Assembly (NCBI GenBank): GCA_030424665.1
Contig: JAUHWN010000005.1
Coordinates: forward strand, 1-58,588
Source: Bdellovibrionia bacterium
GTDB lineage: Bacteria; Bdellovibrionota; Bdellovibrionia; Bdellovibrionales; JAGQZY01
DNA: 58,588 nucleotides
Direction of reading: 5' to 3'
In this document: positions 17,012 to 25,413 of the stretch, piece by piece
How positions within the stretch are numbered: the first letter of the stretch is position 1
Layout of the letters: every line of letters starts with the position of its first letter
Notes under the pieces: generated by a model
The model's database searches: none
Told to the model about the DNA's origin: nothing
Seen by the model: only the letters and a program-made list of their open reading frames with translations
Translations under genes and position numbers: made by a program

Positions 17012-19048
17012 TTGCATAAACTCAAGGTTTTAGAAAGAGGAATAGAAATACTCGAAGTCGAACTCCAGGTCGATTCTGAGTACATTGTTGGACGCAAGTC
17101 CGACTGTGATATTGTTCTTGAGGAACATCCCGGTATTTCTCGGCAACATTTCAAAGTCTACCACGATGGAGCCTCTTGGACTGCTGAAGTACTTTCACAT
17201 TTTGGTGAAGTGTTTTACCAGGGCCAAGTGACGACCCATATTTCTCTCAATGAGGGAGATCAATTTGAACTTCGCCCTTATACTTTCAAATTTCTAGAAG
17301 AGATTCCCGAAGCTCAAGAAGATTCCAGCGAAAATCAGCAGGCTGGAAGCTCAAAAAATTTACCATCCATTGCACCGGCGCAAAATCAAGGTGGACCGGC
17401 GAATCCTCAGGCTCTCCCGGTTATACAGCAACCAATATCTGCTCAGAACCTTATTAATGAATTTAATGAGGACAATGATGATGACGATTTTATCGATGAA
17501 ATAACTAATCCAGGCGTATCCTCGGTGAAACCCTATATTCGAATTCGTCGCGAAAAATCTAAGAAAGAAAAAGTGTTGCGCCTCGAAGGAAATTACTGGG
17601 TACTGGGAAGGGATGAAAACTGTGAAATCACCCTCCCCGACCCTAAAGCAAGTCGTAAACACTTTGAAATAATAAAGAAGAATGCCGACTTTTTTATCTC
17701 GGACCTCGGTTCGGCCAACGGAACTCAAGTCAACGGTCAGACACTCACAAAAGGTCAAAGTAGAAAACTCGAAAGTGGTGATATTATTGTCATCAATAAT
17801 TTGAGTATTTTCTTTGAGATGAGAGATCCCAGTTTTAAGTCGCGCCTTGAAGAAGTTCCTGACGAAATTAAAAACAATTTACCAATGCCCGTTGGTGGCA
17901 ATTTACCGATGGCTATGAATCAGCAATTCGCGGCTCCCATGATGTACGACCCGAACATGGCCATGGGCTTTCCGATGGAAGCTGAAATTGAACCGCCAAA
18001 AAGTTTCTATCAAAAACATAAAAAACAAATTTTATTAGCTGCCATAGCAATCGTTTTTCTGGCCCTTCTCATGCCCGGCAGCGAAGAGAGCGGCGAAAAA
18101 GACCTCTCTACCGAAAAAGTGGCTTTTAACAAGTTATCTGAAGACCAACAAAGAATTGTCATCGAGACTTATAAACTTGCTAAGAACCTTTACATTAAAG
18201 GAAATTTTCAACTGGCAGCAACTCAATTAGAGAAGTTACATCGCATCATTGATAACTATGAAGAGTCTCAACAAATAGCAAAATTTTGTCAAAGCTCAAT
18301 CGACATGCAACTTGAACAAGATCGAATCAAAGAGATGCGTGAACGAGAACGACTGATGAAGATGAAAGTACAAAGTATCATTGCAAATTGCCAAGAGATG
18401 GCGATGAGTACAGATGATATTGAAGCGATTAAATCGTGCCTAGCCCCGGCTCGAGAAAACGATCCATCAAATCCTGCGATTGATTCGATCTTAACTGAAG
18501 TTCAAATGCGTCAGGATGCAAAAGAAGAGGAAGCCAAAAGAAGAGCCCGTCATCGTGCTCGAGTACAAAAGGGACGCGTTCTTTTTCAGACAGCCGAAGC
18601 TCTTAAGGATGAAAAGAAATGGCTCAAGGCTATCGATGCCTACGAAAAACATATTTCATCGGCCTATCCAGACCCTGACAAATTGAAACAGAAGTCTCAA
18701 AGGTCTATCGCCTCGATTGAAACGAATATGAATAAGGCTCTTGGCAAAGTCATGCAAGCGGCACAGGACCTCTATTCTCAAGGCAACCTTGCAAATGCCA
18801 TCAATGAAGCCAAGAAAACCTTAGTAATGAATCCGAACTATTATGAAGCCGTTAGTTTTATAGAGAAGGTTAAGAAGGAGCTTAATTCTCAACTTAGGAA
18901 CATTTATACTGACTCAGTCCTCGAAGAGCGTTTCGGTAACATTGATGCAGCCAAAGAGAAGTGGCGAAAGATTAAGAGTCTCGATATTAAAACTGGCGAA
19001 TATTACAACAAGGCAAAGCGAAAGCTCAAGCAATATGGGGAGGCTTAA
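17012..19048 (+). CDS. Double-FHA membrane protein (FHA, FHA, M/P-rich linker, TM, multiple TPR-like repeats)
   Basis: Two FHA signatures: YIVGRKSDCDIVLEEHPGISRQHFKVYHDG and WVLGRDENCEITLPDPKASRKHFEIIKKNADFFISDLGSANGTQVNGQ. M/P-rich tract NLPMPVGGNLPMAMNQQFAAPMMYDPNMAMGFPM. TM helix ILLAAIAIVFLALLM. Several TPR-like helical pairs follow. The TTG start abuts the upstream TAG and has GGAG 10 nt upstream. Confidence 0.85.
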   Translation: MHKLKVLERGIEILEVELQVDSEYIVGRKSDCDIVLEEHPGISRQHFKVYHDGASWTAEVLSHFGEVFYQGQVTTHISLNEGDQFELRPYTFKFLEEIPEAQEDSSENQQAGSSKNLPSIAPAQNQGGPANPQALPVIQQPISAQNLINEFNEDNDDDDFIDEITNPGVSSVKPYIRIRREKSKKEKVLRLEGNYWVLGRDENCEITLPDPKASRKHFEIIKKNADFFISDLGSANGTQVNGQTLTKGQSRKLESGDIIVINNLSIFFEMRDPSFKSRLEEVPDEIKNNLPMPVGGNLPMAMNQQFAAPMMYDPNMAMGFPMEAEIEPPKSFYQKHKKQILLAAIAIVFLALLMPGSEESGEKDLSTEKVAFNKLSEDQQRIVIETYKLAKNLYIKGNFQLAATQLEKLHRIIDNYEESQQIAKFCQSSIDMQLEQDRIKEMRERERLMKMKVQSIIANCQEMAMSTDDIEAIKSCLAPARENDPSNPAIDSILTEVQMRQDAKEEEAKRRARHRARVQKGRVLFQTAEALKDEKKWLKAIDAYEKHISSAYPDPDKLKQKSQRSIASIETNMNKALGKVMQAAQDLYSQGNLANAINEAKKTLVMNPNYYEAVSFIEKVKKELNSQLRNIYTDSVLEERFGNIDAAKEKWRKIKSLDIKTGEYYNKAKRKLKQYGEA

Positions 19049-19728
19049 TGAATTTTGAAAGCCGATCCTACGGCGGAAAGTACTTTAGACCCTCACCAGA
19101 TATTCACCAAGACGAGGGACTGCCACTTCTGATTATCAGTACTCCTTGGGGCGTTTCTAATGGCTCGCAAAAGGTCTTTGATCGCATGCTCGAGTATTTG
19201 CAACTGGCGCAAAAAGACGAGGAAATTACTTCGCCTTTTCCGAGGCAAACCTGTTTAGGCTCTGTTGCTAATAACCTGCGGATCGCCACGCTTCTTGCCA
19301 ACGCAGCTCTGTATAAAGAAGAAAATCAAACTGAATACTCTTCAGGAACTGAACTCTTCGCCTGCTACAAAGAGGATAACGAGTTCACCTGGATTCAAGT
19401 CGGACAACCCAATATCGTTCTCTGTCGGGAAGGGGAAACGCCAATGCCACTCGGCTCCTTTCCTGACCTGGTACTCGACTTCGAAAGGCAAGAGACAAGA
19501 CTCTCCCCCTTACCATCTAACCTTATTGGGATTGAAAACAGCCTGAACCTCAACATAAGTTCCTTTCGTCCAAATAAGGGGGATAAAATCTTATTAATAA
19601 GTCGGTCTCGGGTACCGGGAACTTTGTTTAGTTTAGAAAACAAAGATATTAATCTGGACCTTGTAAGCCGTACCTTAGCTAAGGACCGAGAAGACCAGCC
19701 TTTTTGGTTAGGCCTTATCGAGATATAA
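19048..19728 (+). CDS. PP2C-like protein lacking the catalytic Asp residues (putative pseudophosphatase)
   Basis: Aligned by eye to the active PP2C at 55529..56263. LLIISTPWGVSNGSQ aligns with LYMVADGMGGHRGGD. GTELFACYKEDNEFTWIQVGQPN aligns with GTTLVVAFMHKDTLYIGNVGDSR. GDKILLISRSRVP aligns with GEMVLMCSDGLSG. The fold-level pattern is kept but the metal-binding Asp positions are replaced. TAATG overlap with the upstream gene; GGGGAGG Shine-Dalgarno. The CDS itself is solid; the family call is tentative. Confidence 0.5.
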   Translation: MNFESRSYGGKYFRPSPDIHQDEGLPLLIISTPWGVSNGSQKVFDRMLEYLQLAQKDEEITSPFPRQTCLGSVANNLRIATLLANAALYKEENQTEYSSGTELFACYKEDNEFTWIQVGQPNIVLCREGETPMPLGSFPDLVLDFERQETRLSPLPSNLIGIENSLNLNISSFRPNKGDKILLISRSRVPGTLFSLENKDINLDLVSRTLAKDREDQPFWLGLIEI

Positions 19729-19753
19729 TGAATGAGTTAGGAGACTTGCATAT

Positions 19754-20542
19754 ATGCAAAACGCAGTAGCTAAAGACACGACATACGAATGGGGACTCAG
19801 TCATGGTCCTATTCAATCCCCCCGTTTTGGGAACCATGTTGAAGTGAATCCTCTCGGCCAAGAAAAGGTTTGCTCATTCGACTGCCCTTACTGCAATCTT
19901 GGTCCTTCTTATATGCGAATGAATCAGATCAAAAAGGAATATGAATTCCCTAGCATCGCCGAAATAGAAGAAAGTACGCGAATGACATTGAGAGCTGCTC
20001 GGGCCAACAATGAAAATTTGAATACTATTTTGGTGTCCGGAAACGGTGATCCTAGTCTCTATCCCAACTTATCAGAATTGTATGATATGTTGTCGAATGT
20101 CAGAGATGATATTTATCCAGACGCATCTATTGAAATACTCACTAATGGGGCAAAAATCGACACACGCAAATCCATTGATGCTATGAACAAGTTCGAAAAG
20201 ATACACATCAAATTGGATGCTGGCAGCGACAAAGTTCTTAAGCAAATTAACACACCCCTAGTTCGTACAACGATTTCACAAATCGTATCGACCGCCAGGA
20301 AACTAGAAAATGTGGTCATTCAAAGTCTCTTTGTCCAAGGGATTATGGATAATACCACCGACAGTGAAGTCGAAGAGTGGGTTGAGTCGATTAGTTTAGT
20401 CGAGCCAAAAGAAGTTCATATCTACACACTTCAACAGGACCCTCAAGTTCCTGGCATAAAAAAGGCTGATGAAAATCGACTCTATTTTATATCTTCGATT
20501 CTTGAGCGTAAAAAGAAGATCAAAACCCTAGTTGTTCCTTAG
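19754..20542 (+). CDS. Radical SAM protein (small, COG0731-like)
   Basis: CX3CX2C cluster motif CSFDCPYCNLG follows the GPIQSPRFG N-terminal motif. VSGNGDPSLYP is a SAM-binding GGE-like region. AGGAG Shine-Dalgarno; 25 nt after the upstream stop. Confidence 0.8.
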   Translation: MQNAVAKDTTYEWGLSHGPIQSPRFGNHVEVNPLGQEKVCSFDCPYCNLGPSYMRMNQIKKEYEFPSIAEIEESTRMTLRAARANNENLNTILVSGNGDPSLYPNLSELYDMLSNVRDDIYPDASIEILTNGAKIDTRKSIDAMNKFEKIHIKLDAGSDKVLKQINTPLVRTTISQIVSTARKLENVVIQSLFVQGIMDNTTDSEVEEWVESISLVEPKEVHIYTLQQDPQVPGIKKADENRLYFISSILERKKKIKTLVVP

Positions 20543-20589
20543 GAATATTTTTTCAGAAAATGGAGCCTGAACTCGAGTTGCTCAGGCTT

Positions 20590-22425
20590 TCAATGAAAAT
20601 TTCGTAACACTCTTCTTGCAACTATTTTCATATACCTAGAGTTTTCAGGTAACCTTAAATAAAGCTCTGTCAGGTTTGGCTCGGTCGGTTGTTCTAAAGG
20701 CAGATCCCAGTTGAGTTCATTAACATAGTTCAGTTCATAAATTTTCAAACCGAGCATATAAGACTCGAATTGCCTTAAAAATCGCTCACGAAATAAATCT
20801 ACATCGGCCGGGTTAGCGTAAACCCAGTTGAGAAGGGCAATAAACAAAAGGTCATCACATTCTCTAAGACGAGGTACTTCGATGGACTCACGACTACTGA
20901 AATATTTGTTACAGCCCTTTTTGAATGGCTGAACTCGAAGTGACAAGTTTCTTCGACCCACATAGGACCAGAGTTTATTTTTATACATCCGTCCCATCTT
21001 TAATAGTTGTTCCCAATTATTGTCTCGTAGAGCTTGTCTCGCAGACCAGGCCGCCAACTGATAGTCTTTTGGATCTAACTCTGTTAAAAATTCCAGTTCT
21101 TCGAGGGCTGGAAAACTGACGTCTCTTCGTCCCCAGAGCCCCTTAGTAACTCTTACCTTGCGTTCAAAATTTGAAGTTAAACCCGAGTACTTCTTTTTAT
21201 CTTCTGTGGGAATAATTTTATCCAAACTCACTTTCAGTTCAGTAAAACGACTTTCTGACTCTGGAATAGGTGAACTTTCAAGGCGATCTGTAAGTGTATT
21301 GTAAATTTTAATGGGCTTATCAAATACGTATAGGAGGTGACCCTTACGAATACTCATCCGTGGCGAGCCAATGCCTGTCCACACCGGCCAATGGGATGAC
21401 ACCATGATCGGTCTGTTCTCTTTCCATGTAGCTTCAGGACCCTGAAGAACATCAAGGAGAGATACAATTTCGAGTTGAGAACTCACAGGTCTATAGGGGC
21501 GGCCCTCTAAAATTTCAAAAAGTGTTACTCCGACATCGACCAAACTGACATTTCGATCTACTTTCCAATTAAAGGGCCCGTCCCGGGTTTTACGGGCGGG
21601 TTTAATAAACAGTGCTACATGGGTTCTATCACTAAAAATATTGACTTGAGCTAACTCCCCAATCCTTGGCGATTCAATTCTTGAATTCAAACCCACGAGA
21701 ACAACATGTGTTTTATCCCACTTCTTCCTTCGCTTGAGATCAGAAACGAGATCGGCAATGGATTCATCAATTTCTTGAAGTTGGGCCTGTGGAGAGCTTT
21801 CGCGTACAACACCAAGTTTGTTCGTAGTGGGTGTTTGTTCAAACTGAACATCGGGCAAATAGATCATACTAAAAAAGCTCTGCGAGCCCGTTAGACTATC
21901 GAGCCAAGTGGTAAAGCGCTTAAAGTTTTCTGAAACCGGTCGATAGAGACTTTTTAAATTGGGCCGAATTCGATCATCGAAATGTTGAAAACCCTGGTGA
22001 AAACCCGATTTTCTGAAAACAGGGGGTCCTCCCGAAAAGAAAGAGGTAGCAAAGTTTTGATAAAATGCCACTTCTCCAAGGGTCTGCAAACCGCTTTTGA
22101 GGTAATAACTTCCATTTGCATAGACCTTATGCTCTCGCGGATATTTCGCTGTTAGGAGAGAGGCTAAACTAGGGACACTCATTGGCGAAGGGCTATAGGC
22201 ATGGCTAAACCGAACTGCTTCGTTACAAAAAGCTTCAAAACCACCCTTAATTTGATCGGCATTAACATTACTACAAGTGATATCCTCAAAACCGAGACCC
22301 TCTACCGCAATCACTAAGACAGATGGTCTAGCTTTTTTGAGAAAGGTACATGCCGATTGCGTCATACAGAGCATGAGAAGCAAGAGAAAATATTTTAATT
22401 TTTTTCCAGTCTTGGAAAGCTTCAA
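20590..22425 (-). CDS. Alkaline-phosphatase-superfamily (sulfatase-like) lipoprotein with a degenerate active-site motif
   Basis: VLVIAVEGLGFEDI and SPSPMSVPSLASLLTAKYPREHKV align with the sulfatase N-terminal motifs (DD... / C-x-P-S-R...LLTG). Here SVPSL replaces CxPSR. I prefer the TTG start at 22425, which has GAGG 8 nt upstream and gives (M)KLSKTGKKLKYFLLLLMLCMTQSAC. The track start at 22521 would overlap exbB. Confidence 0.6.
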   Translation of the reverse strand: MKLSKTGKKLKYFLLLLMLCMTQSACTFLKKARPSVLVIAVEGLGFEDITCSNVNADQIKGGFEAFCNEAVRFSHAYSPSPMSVPSLASLLTAKYPREHKVYANGSYYLKSGLQTLGEVAFYQNFATSFFSGGPPVFRKSGFHQGFQHFDDRIRPNLKSLYRPVSENFKRFTTWLDSLTGSQSFFSMIYLPDVQFEQTPTTNKLGVVRESSPQAQLQEIDESIADLVSDLKRRKKWDKTHVVLVGLNSRIESPRIGELAQVNIFSDRTHVALFIKPARKTRDGPFNWKVDRNVSLVDVGVTLFEILEGRPYRPVSSQLEIVSLLDVLQGPEATWKENRPIMVSSHWPVWTGIGSPRMSIRKGHLLYVFDKPIKIYNTLTDRLESSPIPESESRFTELKVSLDKIIPTEDKKKYSGLTSNFERKVRVTKGLWGRRDVSFPALEELEFLTELDPKDYQLAAWSARQALRDNNWEQLLKMGRMYKNKLWSYVGRRNLSLRVQPFKKGCNKYFSSRESIEVPRLRECDDLLFIALLNWVYANPADVDLFRERFLRQFESYMLGLKIYELNYVNELNWDLPLEQPTEPNLTELYLRLPENSRYMKIVARRVLRNFH

Positions 22426-22498
22426 TGCCTTGACCTCGTTCGCGCTAGGTAGCGATAATTTATAATTGTAAAACTGCGGTGCAAAGGAGCCAATCGTT

Positions 22499-23137
22499 AT
22501 GATGGAAAAATTTTTCGCCATTTCTCAAACTGGAGCTGATGTTATTTTGTGGCTTTTAGTCCTGCTCAGTGTGATCAGTCTTGCACTAATATTTGAACGC
22601 TTTTTTACTCTTAAAAAAGTTAAATCAAATAGTGCCAGAGTACAAAATAGAATTCGAGATATTCTTCAAACTTATAACTTAGAAGAGGTCGATGACCTCA
22701 GCAAAGATAGAGATTCCCTCGAAGGAAGGGCTCTCAGCTACGGATTAAGACATGCCAAATCAAATGGCGCTAAGGGTCTTGAGGAGATTTTTAATTCATT
22801 TACTCTCGTCGAAAGGCCAGCATTAGAACGTAATTTAAATTTTTTGGCCACCATTGGCTCGAATGCTCCTTATCTCGGACTTCTTGGTACCGTTTTAGGA
22901 ATCATGAAGGCCTTTAACGATTTGGCGATGTCACCGGGCACTGGCAATGAAGCCGTCATGGCCGGAATTGCCCACGCCCTTGTAGCAACAGCCATTGGAC
23001 TTCTCGTTGCCATTCCTGCAGTAATTGCCTTTAACACCTTTTCAAAACAGGTAAGAACTGTTCTCCAAAACATAGATGCTACCAAAGAATTGTGCCTGGC
23101 CTACGCAAAGCGTACTGGAGGCCCAAATGGCCAGTAA
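22499..23137 (+). CDS. exbB: MotA/TolQ/ExbB proton-channel family protein
   Basis: Three TM helices and the conserved LATIGSNAPYLGLLGTVLGIMKAF...ALVATAIGLLVAIPAV motif. Confidence 0.9.
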   Translation: MMEKFFAISQTGADVILWLLVLLSVISLALIFERFFTLKKVKSNSARVQNRIRDILQTYNLEEVDDLSKDRDSLEGRALSYGLRHAKSNGAKGLEEIFNSFTLVERPALERNLNFLATIGSNAPYLGLLGTVLGIMKAFNDLAMSPGTGNEAVMAGIAHALVATAIGLLVAIPAVIAFNTFSKQVRTVLQNIDATKELCLAYAKRTGGPNGQ

Positions 23138-23540
23138 AACCGACGGGACCAATTACGATGAACCAATAGCAGAAATGAATGTCATCCCGCTTGTGGATGT
23201 CATTCTCGTTGTACTTATTATTTTCATGGTAACAGCTCCCTTGGTTATGAAGCCCACGATCGACATTAATCTGCCCAAAGCCGCTAGTGGCGAAGAATCA
23301 ACGCAAAGTTCTCTTATCAATGTCAGCATTACACCCACTGGCGATTTACTCTTTAATGGTCAACCCTCTAGTGTTAATGAGATTAATGAACGGGCAAAAG
23401 CTCTTGTCGCCGAAAACCCAGATATTCCTGCCATTTTACTGGCTGATAAGACAGTAACCTTAGAAATTCTTACTCAAGTTGTTGATGCAGTTAAAACCGC
23501 GGGAGTAAAGAAAGTCGCCTTCAGTATCGAAAAGAAGTAA
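23127..23540 (+). CDS. exbD: ExbD/TolR family protein
   Basis: EMNVIPLVDVILVVLIIFMVTAP is the ExbD/TolR TM signature. I prefer ATG 23127 because GGAGG sits 6 nt upstream; it overlaps the exbB 3' end by 11 nt. Confidence 0.9.
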   Translation: MASKTDGTNYDEPIAEMNVIPLVDVILVVLIIFMVTAPLVMKPTIDINLPKAASGEESTQSSLINVSITPTGDLLFNGQPSSVNEINERAKALVAENPDIPAILLADKTVTLEILTQVVDAVKTAGVKKVAFSIEKK

Positions 23541-23544
23541 ATTT

Positions 23545-24207
23545 CTACTTTGGCTCTAAATAGTCTTTGAGACGTAATTTCATAAATTCCGAAAACTGCT
23601 CTCGAGAAACCGCATATCCTAAAATACTCTCAACATCCGTCATAGTTTCACTTTGGAAACCACAAGGGTTCAAACCCTTAAACGCATTGGGATCGTGCTC
23701 AAGATTGATAGCGATACCGTGGTAGGAAATCCACTTACGCACGGCTATTCCGATGGACGCTAGCTTTTTATTTTCATACCAAACTCCAGTGGCATCGACT
23801 TCTTCATCTTCACCAACGGGAACTGCTTTGGCCCGGCCCCCTGTTTTAATTCCGAACTCCTTAAGGGCTAAACAAGTGGTTTCTTCAAGAGCCCGCATCA
23901 GACCATGAAGATCTTTTGCCTTCAGATTTTTTCGCTCGATATTAAGGTCAATGATTGGGTAAATAACCAATTGAGACGGTCCGTGGTAGGTCGCTCGCCC
24001 GCCGCGAGAGACTTCCAGCACCTCCCCTTGCCAATTAAAAATATCGTCCTCCTTTGTCGCACGCCCCTTAGTGATCGTTGGAGGGTGAGAACAAAAGATA
24101 ATTGTGTCCCTTCGCTGACTAGCGACGAGTTCATCGACGTATTTTAATTGCTTTTTGGCGGCCTCTGGATAGGCGATCAGCCCCCAGTCCTCGAAAATTA
24201 AAGACAT
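23545..24207 (-). CDS. lipB: Octanoyltransferase (lipoyl(octanoyl) transferase)
   Basis: SRGGRATYHGPSQLVIYPI and the lysine context RKWISYHGIAINL are characteristic of LipB. Confidence 0.92.
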   Translation of the reverse strand: MSLIFEDWGLIAYPEAAKKQLKYVDELVASQRRDTIIFCSHPPTITKGRATKEDDIFNWQGEVLEVSRGGRATYHGPSQLVIYPIIDLNIERKNLKAKDLHGLMRALEETTCLALKEFGIKTGGRAKAVPVGEDEEVDATGVWYENKKLASIGIAVRKWISYHGIAINLEHDPNAFKGLNPCGFQSETMTDVESILGYAVSREQFSEFMKLRLKDYLEPK

Positions 24208-24245
24208 AGCTTGTATATAGAGTTTAATAAGAAGTCCGACAAGGA

Positions 24246-25085
24246 CTAATTACTCAAACAGGCGCTAATAGCTCGCTTTAGTTCTGAGTGAGCTTCAATA
24301 AGTGTCCCGTAATTACCACCGACAGTGCCTTCTTCCCGGTCATAAGCACACCCTCCGTGAGTGTGAATACCTATAACTTTTCCTGTAGCCTCATCAACAA
24401 TGGCGGAACCAGAGTCCCCTCCTCGGGTATTTGCGAGGTGAACGACGAAGGCGTTTTGCGGATCGACACCAGTGAGGCTTCCTTGTGCTGTTTTTAAGCT
24501 TCCATTGTGCTGGCGAACTCGACTACTTCCATAACCACTCACACGGAGATTCATACCTTCAATAGGAATACCTTGTTGTATTTGAAAGTACCCATAGCGG
24601 TGTCCAGGAAGCGCCCCAGTGATTGAGTTGGGCTTTAATGAAGCGACCGTCCAATCGTTGCCAAAACCAGCCTCTTTATATCCAAAAACCAAATGCGCTC
24701 GATACTGATCTACCGGGTTGGCATCTTCAAAACGACCCGTACTTGTAGAAATAGGTGCATCAAATTCAATCACGCCAAGATGCTTTTTACAGTGACCGGC
24801 CGTAAGAATGCATTTGGGAGAAATTAAAAAGCCCGTACAACCACGACTCGTGCGAAGACTCTTTCTGATCCGGGCGATTCGAATATCTCTATATAGTTGT
24901 CTCTCGTCTCTTTGTGTACATATTGCCTGGGTTTCAAATTCGTCTGGGGCTTCCGAAATAAACCCAAGACTCTTTAGTATCCCACTCTTTGAGAGTTTAG
25001 CTCCTTCAATCTGCGAAGATCGAGGTGCAGTATGACTGGTTATTGTGAAGAGTAAAACGACGAGTACGAGAATTATTTTTTCCAT
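24246..25085 (-). CDS. Secreted trypsin-like (S1 family) serine protease
   Basis: Signal peptide MEKIILVLVVLLFTITSHTA. His context CILTAGHC and Ser context GGDSGSAIV. Confidence 0.88.
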   Translation of the reverse strand: MEKIILVLVVLLFTITSHTAPRSSQIEGAKLSKSGILKSLGFISEAPDEFETQAICTQRDERQLYRDIRIARIRKSLRTSRGCTGFLISPKCILTAGHCKKHLGVIEFDAPISTSTGRFEDANPVDQYRAHLVFGYKEAGFGNDWTVASLKPNSITGALPGHRYGYFQIQQGIPIEGMNLRVSGYGSSRVRQHNGSLKTAQGSLTGVDPQNAFVVHLANTRGGDSGSAIVDEATGKVIGIHTHGGCAYDREEGTVGGNYGTLIEAHSELKRAISACLSN

Positions 25086-25413
25086 GTTCTAATTAAAGCA
25101 AAGATTCCGATGATCGGCTAGAAGGGGCCACAGTAGCTGGACATAGGGATGTTAATTCAAGGTGGATATTAGAATAAACAAAATCAATCTAGGCTTTTGC
25201 ACTACTACTTTCGTCCACACTCACCTTTCATATCTCAAACTGAAAAATTCTAAAAAGGAGACTTAGAAGGATCATTTTAATTTGAACGAGCATTAATAAA
25301 ACAAACTTTAACCACATAGATAAAGCTTTCCTTAAATACCTAAGCCACCGCTTATTTCATCACGGTATAAAACCGATTTATAGAGTGAATTAACGAAACA
25401 AGGGGAACGGGAC

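Noticed and set aside
22426-22521. N-terminal 32-codon extension of the sulfatase-like ORF.
   Set aside because: It would overlap the divergent exbB start and place 30+ residues before the lipoprotein signal. The internal TTG with a GAGG Shine-Dalgarno gives a proper signal peptide.
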